Source: Eledone cirrhosa (lineage: Eukaryota). Taken from it: 64,000 bases of DNA. The stretch's first letter is position 1. Every line of letters starts with the position of its first letter. Under the pieces are notes generated by a model that saw only the letters and a program-made list of their open reading frames with translations, had not been told where the DNA came from and did no database searches. The stretch spans positions 32,860,001 through 32,924,000 of the forward strand of contig OZ024749.1 in the NCBI GenBank assembly GCA_964016885.1. Reading direction: 5' to 3'. A program made the translations under genes and the position numbers. This document shows positions 1 through 13,011 of this stretch, piece after piece.

Positions 1-86
1 AAATGCTACAGTGGTTAATTTATTCTCTTATCCAATCAGCATCAAGCAAAAAAAAACAATAAGTTTTGTTTCGCTTGGTTGATCAC

Positions 87-268
87 TGGCAGTATCAGTA
101 GAGGGTCGGACGCCATGCTTTCAAGCATAGTTACGTCCCTTTACGATCTGAGTTCAAATCCCGCCGAGGTTGACTTTGCCTTTCATCCTTACGGGGTCGA
201 TAAAATAAAGTACCAGTAATGCACTGGGTATTTGCTGGCCCTGTGCCTAAAGTAGAAACAAGTATATT
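87..268 (+). mobile_element. tRNA-derived SINE, family A (Nin/Deu-domain-like)
   Basis: A-box-like TGGCAGTATCAGTAGAG, B-box GAGTTCAAATCCC and conserved body GCCTTTCATCCTTACGGGGTCGATAAAATAAAGTACCAG. Further copies or fragments near 1085, 4245, 11375, 15325, 18537, 18741, 28561, 33005(-), 46085(-), 46240(-), 46740(-), 48040(-), 49705, 62468 and 63375(-). Confidence 0.85.
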
Positions 269-285
269 AAATCAAAAAAATAAAA

Positions 286-312
286 TCTATATATATAAAA
301 CTGTCTGTCTCG

Positions 313-346
<34 letters not shown>

Positions 347-883
347 AGTACCCAACCGATTTTTTTCAAACTTTACATGTGTATTACTTATGTTTCAGGG
401 AGTGTTATGCACATAAGAAAATTCAACTTTTTGATCCCCTAGGGTCCACATTAGGTGAAAAACTGTGTTTTTTTTCAGCTTTTTAGGGGGTTTTTGAGGC
501 GTTACGTCAAACCGATTTCCTTGAAATTGTAACTATGTATTAGACAGTCTCTTCTTCATACCGTGAGCAAAGAAAATCCAACTTTTTTATGGCCTAGGGA
601 CCGCATTAGGTGAAAAACTTCATTTTTTTTCAGCTTTTTGAGGCGTTATGTCTAGCCAATTTTCCCGAAATTTCAAGGCATATTATGCACATAAAAAAAA
701 ATTCATTTTCTTGATCCCCTAGGGCCCGCACTAGGTGAAAACCTGCATTTTTCCTGCATCATCGAGGAAAATCTTAAAGATTATCCAGCCATTAGAGTAT
801 TCGGTTTATTTTCTCTACATATTGTCCAAGCGGCCCGCGTTTCAAAATATCTTATCCCGTGCAACGCTGGGTACCACTGCTAG
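286..883 (+). mobile_element. Non-autonomous Helitron
   Basis: Starts A|TC(TA)n, ends with GC-rich hairpin CCCGTGCAACGCTGGG then CTAG|T. No TSD. Internal ~120-bp subrepeats (AACCGATTT...TAGGG...TAGGTGAAAAAC). Confidence 0.75.
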
Positions 884-918
884 TAAAGACTAAAAGTAAA
901 AATATCTTATTATATATA

Positions 919-994
919 CAGGGTGTCCCCTCAAAATGGATACACACTTTTATTAAAATGCCGTTAAGTGTGTATACATTTTGGGGACATCCTG
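919..994. mobile_element. Tc1/mariner-type MITE
   Basis: TIR CAGGGTGTCCC...GGGACATCCTG flanked by TA. Related copies at ~35113-35170 (partial) and ~55033-55110. Confidence 0.7.
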
Positions 995-2433
995 TATATA
1001 TATATATATATTAATAATATTTACATGAAACAACAAAAAAGGAAGGGAAAGAAGAAAAAGAATGAAGAGGCTATTTTACCGGTAAGAGTGTCAGACACCA
1101 TGCTTTGAAGCAAAGTTGCAGCCCTTTACGGTCTGAGTTCAAATCCCGCTGAAGTTATTTTTGTCTTTCATCCTTATGGGGTCGATAAAATAAAGCACCA
1201 GTAATGCACTTGTATGACAGGACATTAAAACATTTACAAAAGAAATAGGTGTATTTTTTCAGCCCATGACATTCGAGACGTTTGGAGTGGAAATTCTTAT
1301 CATTGTTGGCAGCTCTCCTTACTGAGGTTATCAGGTGCTACCCGTGAGAGTGCTTGGTTGTTCCAACACCTTCGATTCGTTATCACCCACGGTAATGCTT
1401 CCAATGTGTTGGCTTACCTCAAAATACATTATAGGGAGGCTCTGGCACCCCTTGTGGTGAGTGACACATTTAGGGTTAACTTAATATTTTATTCCTTTTT
1501 GATTCTCTATTTTCATGTGAAATATTTATGTAATAATATGTGTATGTGGGTCAGCTGAAACGTTCATAGTGGTTTGGTTATTTTGGAGGATGAGGAGTGT
1601 AGTGGCAGTTGATAACCATTGGGGCAGTTCATGTTTACCCTTAATACAACTGTAGATCTCACTGACAGGTGAAATTCTTCAGCCAGTAACCTTATAACGG
1701 AATACTCCTGTTTTACCAGCGAAGATTCAAAACCGAATCTGAGCTTTCTCGCCTCTCGGACAATCTATCGTTGGAAGTTCTCACCATTGTCTTGTCAAGA
1801 CAATGATGATAAATGTACATTCCATTTCACCTGTGACCCCAACCTCTTGGGAGACGATAACCACAGGTCTGATTATAAATCAACCTCATATATCCATCCT
1901 TCTAACTTTAACACTTATTATAAATACAAGGAGTTAAGGAACCAAAAGGTCAGACATGAAGCGGCAGTCAACAAGATAAGCGATGTAGCATCAGTAGACC
2001 CTTCACTATATCTTTCTCCTGGCCCTTACTGACTTACCTCCTCGGCCACCGAAACAGCCAGTCATGCCTGCCTAACAGATTGACCACTACTGCTATGAAA
2101 ATAATATATTCTAAGAATAGGCACACACACACACACACACACATCGTAAGTTCATATTGATTATATTATACTCTCATCCTATTCTTCCTGTAATATTGTA
2201 TCTGCAAGATACAACACAACTTTTACATCAACTTCTGAGATACACATGTTAGCTCGTAACAGCTAACAATTTAATGTACGGATATTTTCATGTCATAAAT
2301 TTTATTACTCAGTGTTCAAATCGAATATTGTTATTATAAAATAAACATTGTTAACAACTCAATCATGGCATTATTCTTTTCATCAAAACTACCATACAAA
2401 GAATACCACCTATCCATTTCAATTTGAACGTAG

Positions 2434-2740
2434 TTAGTAACATATCTCAGAGCCCCAAATCTTCACTGGTACAGATCTAAAAGTATAGCCAGGGTGAAGT
2501 ATCTGCAGATTCTTCCTTAAATCAGCATATTTTCCTTTTCGCTGTAACATTTTATGTTTATTCTTAGGTCTATCCTTTCTACAGATTGCATTGTATAGTG
2601 TTTTGGCCACTACATCATGCCTTATAGGTAGATAGTATCGTGATGACATCTTTGAACAGCAATTTATAATAAGGGTGACATCTTCGATGTTTATTCCACA
2701 GAGTCTACATATTTTATCACATCTAGGTGTTTTGCCTGCA
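2434..2740 (-). mobile_element. Fragment of an RLE-encoding non-LTR retrotransposon (R4/Dong-like C-terminus)
   Basis: Minus-strand translation DKICRLCG..EDV...C.KMSSRYYLPIRHDVVAK...KYADL matches the zinc knuckle, RHD and KY..L motifs of restriction-like endonuclease LINEs. Confidence 0.65.
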
Positions 2741-3113
2741 TCCTTATCTATATATATATATGCAATGACTTTGTTTCAGGGGTGTACCAGGGGACAAGTC
2801 CCCTTCACCTTTTCAGGAATGGGGAACAAAAACCATCTTTTGTTTTTTTGTTTATTTGATATAATAAATTCTTTTTAAGCTTATTTTTTTTATATCTGAA
2901 CTTTATTTGAATATATAAAATTTAATTAGCGTAAAATGTTGCTTATGTGATAGGGTCCGGAAAAGGAACCATAAGCAATACTAACATGCCCCTTTAAGAA
3001 TCAACAAATGCTGGTTTGTCCCCCCCCCCCTCACATTTTTAAGGCAAACGAGGCCCTTGTATATATGTATACATTCCTATGTATATATATGTATGTTTAT
3101 GTGTGTATACGTA

Positions 3114-3159
<46 letters not shown>

Positions 3160-3907
3160 GGTTTTGTTTTAGATTGATTTACAGTTGAGGGTACAAGTTT
3201 TCTATTGACAGTGTGTGCAGGTTATGAATTGGTTAAGTGAATCTTCTACTAGTGTTTAACCCTTTAGCATTTACATTACTCTATATTTACTATATTTTCA
3301 TGGTAAAAGCTTTATCTCACATAATATCGAATCTATGAGATTTAGATATTATTTATTTTGAGAACAATAACTTATCAGTATGAGTGGCCGGTTACAGCCA
3401 GTTTCAACAGAAGATAGAGGTGAGAGAATTCTCATCAGATACGGCCAGTATGCTAACAGAATCTTTTACTAATTAACCCTGTGATACAAATCAATAATTT
3501 GTTTCAGATAAAAACCCACAAAAACAGTTGGTATCTTCTCACATTAGATATGCAGACAAAATATTTTGCAGTAGCTTTCTGCAACTCTTATTTATTCATT
3601 TACTTATGTTTTTTTAACTTTATTTTCAAAAGAATTATAATATATTTGATTTTTGTTGTCATCACCATCATCATTAACATCTGCTTTCCCTGCTAGCTAG
3701 GGTTGGACAGGTATACATAGACCAAGCATTGAAGTGGGGCTACTGACCTCCCTGACAAGCTAGAGATTTGCATGTTGCTTATGTACGATTTCATGTTCTA
3801 CCGAGTGCACAGGAGAGTTTGTAATGTCTTTGACACAACTGGATGTCATCCCTATCACTTAAGTTGTATATGTAGACAAACACATTTTCTATGTAATAAT
3901 TATGGTT

Positions 3908-4116
3908 TTAACCCTTTAACATTTACATTACATATACTATTATATTTTCACAGTAAACACTTTATCTTACATAATTATCTCGCATATCAAATCTGAGATT
4001 TTGATGTTATTTACTTTGAGAACAATACCTTAACATCAGTATGAGCAGCTAGTTACAATCAGTTTGAACAGAAAGAGGTGAGAGAATTCTGGCCAGCTTA
4101 AATGCTAAAGGATTAA
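3908..4116 (+). mobile_element. piggyBac-type MITE (~200-230 bp family)
   Basis: Family consensus TTAA|CCCTTTAGCATTTA...TAAATGCTAAAGGG|TTAA. Other copies at ~3256-3460, 17340-17406, 18200-18267, 18434-18997(-), 30464-30639(-), 47611-47836, 48590-48801(-), 50023-50242, 60503-60721, 61163-61366 and 62789-63017. Confidence 0.8.
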
Positions 4117-4627
4117 GTGTGTAGTTGTCTGTTAAAAATCTTCTCAAGATTATTTTTTTTGCATTGGCAAAGTCTTTAGAGCAATGAACAAATGCTTAAT
4201 AGCAGTGTTCCCGCTCTTTATGTTCTGAGGTCAAACAAGGCAGTGAATTGGCAGAGTTGCTAGAATCAGACAAAATGCTTTGCAGTATTTGTTCCAGCTG
4301 TCAGTGCTCTGAGTTCATATCCCACCAAGATTAATTTAGCCTTTCAATCATTCTGAGGTTCATTAAAATAAAATATCAATCCCATACTGGGGTTGATATA
4401 ATCAACTTTTCCCTCCCCACAAAATTATTGACATTTTACATAAAGTAGAAATCATTATTTTTAGCCAACAAATACAGAAATTCTCTTTTTTTTAAAAGGA
4501 TTCCTGTGAACTCTGAATTTTGAATTTTAATTATAATTAACAATAGATAAAGTTTAATAATAGCTAATATTTTAATCTAACTATATTGGTAATGAAACTA
4601 TTCAGCAGTAAATATAAAAATAATTGA

Positions 4628-6976
4628 GAGCACTATCAAGTGGCCAGGAGAAAAGCTAGGAGACAAGTGTACCTTGCAAAAAGGGAAGCAGAGGATAGAA
4701 AGTTCAAGCATGTTCTACAATGCGAGGTGTTCAGGATTGCTAGACAATGTGTCAAGGAAAACCGTGATATTGTCGGAGAAGTGTGTCTGTAATGAAAACA
4801 GTGTACTTGCCCTCACTGATGCTGATAAGAAGATAGCCTGGAAGTGTCACTACGAGAGACTATTGAATGAGGAGAATAAGTGGGAAAAAGATAGTCTGCC
4901 CCAAATCGATCCAATAGAAGGACCAGCGGTGCAAGTTAATGGTAGTATAATAAGTAAGGCAATCAAAGATATGAAGACAGGCAAGGCAGCTGGGCCTTCG
5001 GAGATAGTTGCTGAGATGTTGAAGGCATCTGGAATGGTGGGACATACTATGGTCACCCGTATAGTTAACCAAGTAATACAGAATGGGGTCATACCAAAAG
5101 ACTGGCATAGCAGCATCATCATTAACTGCTACAAGGGTAAAGGAGATGCTCTAGATAGAGGAAACTATAGAGGCATTAAGTTAGTTGACCAGGTCATGAA
5201 GGTCACAGAAAGAGTTATAGCGCAACTAATCAGAGAGCGAATTGATCTAGATGAAATGCAGTTTGGGTTTGTGTCAGGTAAAAGTACCACAGACGCTCTT
5301 TTCCTTGTACGGCAACTACAAGAGAAGTCCCTAACTAAAAGTAAACCTCTACTTTTGTAGACCTGGAAAAAGCCTTTGACAGAGTCCCCCGCTCCATTAT
5401 CTGGTGGGCTCTTAGAAAACTAGGTGTAGATGAATGGCTTGTGAGAGCTATACAAGCTATGTATAATGAAACAGTCAGTAAGGTTAGAATTAACAATGAA
5501 TATTATGAAGAATTTAGTGTAAAAGTTGGTGTTCACCAAGGCTCTGTCCTTAGCCCCCTCCTATTTATTATTGCCCTTCAGGCTATAACAGAGGAGTCCA
5601 AGACCGGCTGCCCATGGGAACTCCTATATGCAGATGATCTAACGCTCATGGCTGAATCAATGGCTGAACTAGAAAAGAAATTCCAAACATGAAAGCATGG
5701 CCTAGAATCAAAAGGCCTTAAAGTTAACTTGTCTAAGACTAAAGTCCTAGTTTGTAGAAAGGAAAATAAGGCACAGGTACCCTCAGGGAAATGGCCTTGC
5801 TCAGTATGTAGGAAAGGAGTAGGCAGAAATTCAATTTTATGTCCCAAATGCAAAGTATGGGTACATAAAAGATGTAGTGGGATCACAAGTAAACTATCTA
5901 AGAATGTAGACTTTATATGTGGCCGATGCTCAGGTGCAATAGGTAGCAAGTGTCCACAGGATACTAGCCCCTTCTATTGCCCTGATGGTTCTATAGAAAT
6001 AGTAGACACTTTCCGTTACCTGGGTGACGAAATCAGCAGTGGTGGAGGGTGTTCTGAAAGTACAGTAGCCAGAATCAGAACGGGATGGAAAAAGTTCAGA
6101 GAGCTTATACCGCTGTTGGCCTCAAAAGGTTTCTCTCTAAAAATGAAAGGCAGATTGTATGATGCTTGTATACGAACAGCAATGCTACATGGCAGTGAGA
6201 CATGGGCATTGCGTGCAGAGGACCTGCGTAGACTGGAAAGGAACGAAGCATGCATGCTCCGTTGGATGTGTAGTAGTAATATACGTGAACGGCAAAGCAT
6301 AAATGAACTAAGTGAGAAATTAGGAATAAGAGGGATCAGATGCTGTTACTCGAGAGGACTACGTTGGTATGGCCACGTGATGCGCACGAAAGATGACAGC
6401 TGTATAAAAAAGTGCAGGGCGAACAAAATTGATGGTAGTTACGGAGTAGGTAGACCCAGAAAAACCTGGGACGATCTGATAAATTCCGATCTTACACACT
6501 TGCACCTCTCTAAGACAATGTCACTGGACCGAGATCTTTGGCGCTACGCAGTAATACAGAAGACCAGCCTTGCCTATGTACAAAGCGAAACCTAGTCAGT
6601 AGGCACCTCTTAACCAAATATACACCCCAATCCACTACCCCTACCCTATCCTCCCACTCCCACCAACACCACCCTCTCTCTATAAAGTTGGTACCACAAC
6701 ATCCAGTCCAAATAAATGAGATCGAGATCACGATCGTGTAGGTGTCACGAGAAAAAAACACAGTCCACGCTGTAATGTGGCCGTGTAAAAAGTTCCCAGT
6801 TCCACACTGTAAATGTGGTTGGTGTTAGGAAGGGCATCCAGCCGTAGAAAACCTGCCAGATAGTCCTATATGAGCGACACACGGTCACCCAACCAACCTT
6901 GCCTCAAGTGGGACAACTCCCGTCTAACCCATGCTAGAGTGGAAAGTGGACGTTAAACGAGGATGATGATGATGAA
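4628..6976 (+). mobile_element. 5'-truncated RTE-clade LINE with disrupted reverse transcriptase
   Basis: ORF pieces with NYRGIKL, QFGF, DLEKAFD, GVHQGSVLSPLLF and LLYADDL, an inserted Cys-rich PHD-like finger, and RWYGHVMR...GRPRKTW. Frameshifts plus an in-frame TGA at 5690. 3' UTR ends in (GAT)n. Confidence 0.92.
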
Positions 6977-7218
6977 TTGAAGAAACAGAAAATATCCTGC
7001 TCTGTATGAGTTTGATAAAGGTATTTTAATCCTGAAATATAAGGACCATTATATAGTAACATCCCAACATCCTTATCATTCATTATATTTTTAATAATTA
7101 ACATCTTATTTAGATTTCTGTAGCTTTCTAATAAAACAAAGAACATGATCTTATCCCGAAATATAAGGACATATAAAGAACTGCAAATTATCACCCCAAA
7201 CATCTTTGTTATCATATT

Positions 7219-8007
7219 TTTAACATTTACCTTCCAATTCACATTGTGGTAGCTTTCAAACAAAACATCTTGTTCTTTCTTTTTTTTTCTTAGCTTATGA
7301 GAATCCAAACTATGAATATTTATTTTGAAGCTGAAATGATTACATGGGGTTTGGTAATATCAGCTTGCCTGAAAAAAAAAAAAATGCCTTCCTTTTGCAA
7401 ACATCACCTCTGCCAATTAATAAATTAACTTGCACAAATTTTGAGGGTTTTTTTTAAACTAAATGCGGTGGTCATTTTTTTTGTTTTTGGTCTATTTTGA
7501 AAGTTTTATCTTTTAGGTGTAAAGGGACAAAACTCAAGGAAACGAATTTCTTAATAGTACAGCTGTTTTAATTGTTCAGTATTCTTGATTTTTCTTTAAC
7601 ATTTACCTTCCAATTCACATTGTGGGAGCTTTCAAACAAAACATTATTTCCTACACTTTACACTCTTGTCTTTTTTTTTCTTAGCTTATGAGGACAATGT
7701 TGAAATCTCAAATAGAATCCAAACAATGAATATTTATTTTGAAGCTGGAAGGATTACATGGGGTTTGGTAATATCAGCTTGCCTGAAATTTAAAAAAAAA
7801 TGCCTTTTGCAAACATCACCTCTGCCAATTAATAAATTAACTTGCACAAATTTTGAGGGGGGTTTTTACACTAAATGTGGTCATTTTGCTTTGCTTTCGG
7901 TCTATTTTGAAAGTTTTATCTTTTAGGTGTAAAGGGACAAAACTCAAGGAAACGAATTTCTTAATAGCACAACTGTTTTAATTGTTCAGTGTTTTCTTGA
8001 TTTTTCT
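7219..8007. repeat. Local tandem duplication (~380-410 bp, two copies)
   Basis: TTAACATTTACCTTCCAATTCACATTGTGG...AATTGTTCAGT occurs at ~7219-7595 and again at ~7596-8007. Confidence 0.8.
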
Positions 8008-9027
8008 CGCATAAAATAAGGCAAATTATTTGACAAAAACTGTAGGTTTAATTTTTTTTTTTTTTTACATAATAGAAATCATTGTCATAATCTCGTTATA
8101 AACGAAATCCAACAAGAAAACCTCTACTTGGTCAATCAACATGCTAAAATAGCAGCTAAATCTGTCAGGCCCCACTCAACAATCTTTAAAAAAGGGAAGG
8201 ATACATTAGATAATGTTGTCTTGGGTACACTATATCTGAAAAAAAAATCAAAATTAGTTGGATTTTACTTTTCTTTAAGAGTATTTTTGTTAATGTTAGC
8301 AATGCCCCACTTGTAAAAAATGCTAGTCTAAAAATGGATTCAAAATTCCTCTTTATATTTTTACTTTCAAATTGATGTTTTGAATAAAATGATGATGATA
8401 TAATTATGTTGGAGGCCATCAATTGTTTTAAACCTTTTTTCTTTCACCTTGTCCCTCCCAGTTGACATCATGTATTCTCAAGGTTTTATGTAATTCATGA
8501 AATTCAATGGGACCACAAAACTGATGTCCTCCAACCATATCAAAATGGAATGGACCGCTGTCAGTTTCGATGATGAATGTTCTCGTTGATCATTACACAG
8601 ACATGTACCCTTAACGCGATTCTCAGGGAGGAAGATTCAGTGTGACAGTGTGTGACAATTAAATGTACAATCTATCCAACAGGATTCCAAATAGTTTGTC
8701 TACCCAATTTCACTCACTAGGCAAAGATTTACCTGAAGCCATGGTATATGATACTTATTCGTGATTGACCATGGGACCATTTGTCCATCTAATTATACAG
8801 CTACTTGGAAGAACCCATTACCTAAAATGACCCCAATCACATTTTTCTTGAGAACTTCCAACAACCCTGATCACTTTAACTTTCAAATAACAGTTAATAC
8901 TTAGTTCTCCATACCATTGGCCCCTGGAGGGTATTTTTCAATTGAGTCACCAACTTCTATAACAATGTCAACTTTACTGGCTAAAATTAATTAGCAGTAG
9001 CAGCACTAACATAGCATAGGGAGGTGG

Positions 9028-9306
9028 TATGAAAGCATATATGCTGTGATGATATCACAACTATCTTAGTAGCCGGTGAGAATACCAGATACATGCTTAT
9101 AGATATTTATTTTTGCTACATGGAAATGATTATCCCCAGCCGATATTTCATACACAAAATTTCATATAAGCTTTAGCTTATACTTGTCTCAGTACTGACT
9201 GAATAGATGTCATCGATGAAGGCGTTAAAAATCCAGAAACAATTGTCTGGCATTCTCATCGGCTGCTGAGATAGCTGTGCCGTGATCACAGCTTAAAACA
9301 TTCATA
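9028..9306. repeat. Degenerate fold-back element with a minimal hammerhead-like core at 9206-9255 (+)
   Basis: Arms CACAACTATCTTAGTAGCCGGTGAGAATACCAG and CTGGCATTCTCATCGGCTGCTGAGATAGCTGTG are reverse complements. Core reads GATGTCA-TCGATGA-...-GAAAC-AATT-GTC-TGGCATTC. Confidence 0.55.
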
Positions 9307-9465
9307 GAGACTTTTGTATGTTTATTATACATAAACATATCGTATATGCTTTCATATACACGCGGTAAAGATTATATATATATATATAAACAAAGGTGTG
9401 GTAAGAAACCAGGTGGACCATAACACACCAGAGTACTCGATACTTAAGGTAGTAGAGTGGGTAAT

Positions 9466-9591
9466 AGGAAAAGAGTCAGGACCCCAACGGCTGAGCTCCG
9501 GCCGTTTCAACAGCTACATCCGAACATCCGAACTGGTATCTAGCTGTCGAAACGGCCGGAGCTCAGCCGTAGGGGTCCTGACTCTTTCCCT
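9466..9591. repeat. Fold-back element in (TA)n with a hammerhead stem III remnant
   Basis: ~50-bp near-perfect inverted arms containing GAAACGGC-CGGAGCTCA-GCCGTA. Related to 33919-33984. Confidence 0.6.
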
Positions 9592-9924
9592 ATATATATA
9601 AAGAAAAAATATTTAATAAATTTTTGCCTGCATAATTTACAATATAACAAGAAAGAGATGAAGAATAATACTGACATAACTAAAAAAGTGTTTTCTTCAA
9701 AATCAGTTAAAACAAAATTAAAAAATCTTTTTTAAATCATTAGGAAAATAAATAAAGATTTCAATGGCAACTGTGTATTTATTGATCGGAATGCAGACGA
9801 ATAAAGTAGTAGTAAAAAAAAAATACTGAAGCTACTTTCCGCCTTGAGTTCTATAATGATGTGAAATCGGAACACTTTCAGTCATTCTTGAGGTAAAAAT
9901 ACAAAAAACTTAGGAAAGTTCGAT

Positions 9925-10683
9925 CTAGTCATCTCCATCATCGTCTGCAGCTGAGATATTCTCTTTAGCCAGTTCTTCAGCTTTATTAAAAATATCTGTG
10001 GGTACAAGTTCATGTTTTCCACCAGTGTGTTCGCCAACCCAACTTAATTCCAATTTAAAAACGTTGTCCTTGATTTCATCATGAACTTTGTAAATGATTT
10101 TAGCTACTTCTTTCACAACATCAGTAATCGGCATATCCTTGGTTGTCAACTTTTCTATTTCAGTTTTGGCAGCCTGGCGAGCTTTTCCGATAGCACAGCC
10201 ATAATATCCCCAAGATACACCAGAAGGATCAATCATGTAGAGTTGAGGAAGGTCTTGTTCATAAGAACCCATGATCATGCTGACACCAAACGGACGTATG
10301 GAACTGTATAGAGTGTAAGCATGGACGTACATGGAGACTCTGTCTGTAAGATACTTCAGTGGAATTGATTCTCCGTAGCTATAACGATAATTAGCAGCTT
10401 CTTCGCGGGATGTTTTAATTACATGACGAGCATCAGCTAGTAAACCAGCCACGGCAGCACCAATATGTGTATCAATGTTGAAAATTCTTTTATTTGCTCC
10501 ATCTTCGTACAATTTAGACCGCACGAGTTTCTCAACGCCAAATACAACACCATCTTTACCGCGAATGCCGATGGCGGTGCCACTATTCTCTACCGCTTTT
10601 TGGGCATATTCCACTTGGAATACCCGCCCATCTGGCGAGAACTGCGACGCAGATAAGTCATAACCAGTACCAATGGAACTCAT
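9925..10683 (-). CDS. PSMA3: Proteasome subunit alpha type-3 (alpha-7), single coding exon, 252 aa
   Basis: [33 protein letters not shown]...[13 protein letters not shown]...AKTEIEKL...ELSWV with an acidic C-terminus. ATG at 10683. Minus-strand AATAAA near 9778-9783. Confidence 0.97.
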   Translation of the reverse strand: MSSIGTGYDLSASQFSPDGRVFQVEYAQKAVENSGTAIGIRGKDGVVFGVEKLVRSKLYEDGANKRIFNIDTHIGAAVAGLLADARHVIKTSREEAANYRYSYGESIPLKYLTDRVSMYVHAYTLYSSIRPFGVSMIMGSYEQDLPQLYMIDPSGVSWGYYGCAIGKARQAAKTEIEKLTTKDMPITDVVKEVAKIIYKVHDEIKDNVFKLELSWVGEHTGGKHELVPTDIFNKAEELAKENISAADDDGDD

Positions 10684-11224
10684 TAGAAAGAAAAGATGTA
10701 CAAAACCAAGAAACTGCTTACCGACAAAAAATTGCTTTATCACTTTCAAATGGCGACAAGTATGAATATTCTTCCTTCGGCGTTGGAGATTAACAAAATA
10801 TCACTGGCTTACCTCCCTTAGATCTCTCTTTCTCGTACTTTATACAGGGGTGGAAAAATCAATATTTTTTTTGTAAGAAAGTTTAATAAATTTTAATTCG
10901 CTATTGGTGACGTTTACTCACTCAGTACTGGAACAAGAATAATCTATAACTAAACACATTACTAAAGGGAACAGAAAAGGAGAAAAAGAAAGAAGGATCA
11001 AGCAGCGAAAGAAAAGGAGGGGAGGGAAAATATTATAAGATAAATTGAAAATTTCTGAAGAGTCGAATTCACGAACCCGTTTCTATTTTCGATTGACGCT
11101 AATTCACTTCATTTAAAACCATGGAAATCCCAATTACGCATTAGCTTCGCAACACGAGTTAAACGGGTGTGATATCCGAAGAAGTAGGCATCGCTATTGT
11201 TGGACCTCCGTCGACTCCGACGAT

Positions 11225-11345
11225 GAGTGTTCCAGTTGTTCGAACAACGGAACAGCCTGCGCGTGAAATGAACGTGGAAGTGGTTGAGCATTCCACAGGC
11301 ACATGCACCCTTAACATAGTTCTCAGGGAGATTCAATGTGCGATA
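11225..11345 (+). repeat. Interspersed repeat (SINE body fragment)
   Basis: GAGCATTCCACAG.CAC.TG.ACCCTTAAC.TAGTTCTCAGGGAGATTCA is shared with ~8560-8660 and ~38480-38690(-). Confidence 0.6.
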
Positions 11346-11749
11346 AGTGTAGTTTTTAGTATTACAGATAAAACTTCTTTCATCCTTGCGGGGTCGATAA
11401 AATAAAGTACCAGTAATGCACTAGTTAATTGCTGGCCTTGTGCCTAAAGTAGAAACAATTATTATTAATATCTACACGCGTTTCAACTTCAATATTAGCT
11501 AGAGCATTAATTCAGGATTTGGATGATAGTAAGTGATTAATATATGGAACTTCTCCCATTTGATAAGAAACTGGTATTATAGATAATTTATTCATCTATA
11601 TATATATACACACACACGATCTTACAGAATGGAAATCTACACAAATAATACATACAATACTTAATTACATAAATATTTCACATAAAAATATAAAATCAAA
11701 GCGAAAGAAAATATGAATTGCGAGTGATAGCGAGACTAAGGCATAGGAA

Positions 11750-12600
11750 CAACCAAGTACCCTAACAAGGAGCATCATCAGTTATCTTGGTAAGGCGTGC
11801 CTCCAACGATGACAAGAACTTCGTTACCAGCTGCTCAACCCCCCAAACGTCTCGAACGTCACCGACTAAAAAAATAGTTCGCCGTTAATACCTAGTATTT
11901 TAGAATTGCATTCCTTTAGGCTACGGAAGTAGTGACCCTTACTTTTACCGCTGCACCCAAGATTGGGTGTGAGAAGGAGCAAAAGAGTCACTGACTGGTA
12001 TCCTAAATGAGACATCTACCTCTTACTCAGGGACAAAAGGTAAGACCATCTAGTCTCTCCCCACCAACTCTAGATTTGAGAGGATACTTTCCCCGAGTCA
12101 GGGCCCGCTTGATAAATAAGTTAAGATCGGTATTGAGAGCAAAGCGATCCACATTCAGGCGGCAAGACAAACCACGAAGTTCTGTGGTATTAAGGGACCT
12201 ATCACAGCGACATTTTAGTACCCCACAGACATCGTTTCCCACTCTGGGTGCAATGGAGATGCGGAATTCATCAAGACTGAGTCGACGACAGATGTTGGCT
12301 ACGGGCAGAGCATCAACCCTGTCCCCCGAGAGTTTTGTGCTCGCGGAAATTAGGCGACACCTTGAGAATTGAACAAATTGATCAAAGAGAGTTAAATTGT
12401 TCCAAACTCTCTGCTTCAGTTTGTCCTCCTCTGTAACAGGGATTTACAAACCTAGCTCCCTCCACTGTAGTAGAGTTTCATCCATCTCCCTATTGGAACT
12501 ATTCCATGATGGAAAGGAGAGAGTTACCTACCAGAAGGGAGCAAGCGTGACTGGAGGAAAGAAAGCAGGGAAGAGACGAGCACATTGTTTCCTTAACTAT
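11750..12600 (-). mobile_element. Possible Penelope-like retroelement relic
   Basis: GC-richer island with short decayed ORFs. The terminal segment near 11760-11870 resembles 1255-1340 in reverse and has a degenerate hammerhead stem III (AAACGT-CTCGA-ACGTC). Family assignment is inference. Confidence 0.3.
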
Positions 12601-12932
12601 GATTTTCGTATTTTAACAATATATTTTGTCTTAGTATTAAGATTTTACTTTACGAATGAATTAACTGCTAAGATTTTTAATTTAACGTGATATTAGACGT
12701 TATAAGTTTCAATTTGAAACAGAAAAAGAGACAGAAACGGAGCATATATATATTTCTGTTGTACAAATTTATATACAGAAATACTAATTCAATATGGCTG
12801 CTGTTTAAAATCCGTTTACCCCTCACGCATACATTATCTGTGTGTATTTCTATATCTATATATTACTGTTACAAACTACTCACTCTCCCTAGCATAGGTT
12901 ATTTATATTCCAGCTCGTCAAACACTGAGCAA

Positions 12933-13011
12933 ATGGGAGCCTCATCTCATAAAATTTGTATTACTTTTGGGCTTCTAGTTTTAGCTCATGCTGCATATTC
13001 TGCTGCTCAGC
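12933..13011 (+). CDS. MMGT1: Membrane magnesium transporter 1 / EMC5, coding exon 1
   Basis: MGASSHKICITFGLLVLAHAAYSAAQ followed by donor GTAAGT. The HAAYSAAQH motif is diagnostic of the family. Confidence 0.92.

Noticed and set aside
87-165. tRNA genes at SINE heads (also 59337)
   Set aside because: A and B boxes are present but no complete cloverleaf forms, and each continues into a repeated SINE body.
1225-2110. Possible Penelope GIY-YIG endonuclease relic
   Set aside because: Only a faint FHFTCD word and terminal similarity to 11760-11870. Too decayed to call.
10684-10749. 22-aa N-terminal extension of PSMA3 in the ORF track
   Set aside because: It starts at a non-ATG codon, and homology begins at [10 protein letters not shown] (10683).
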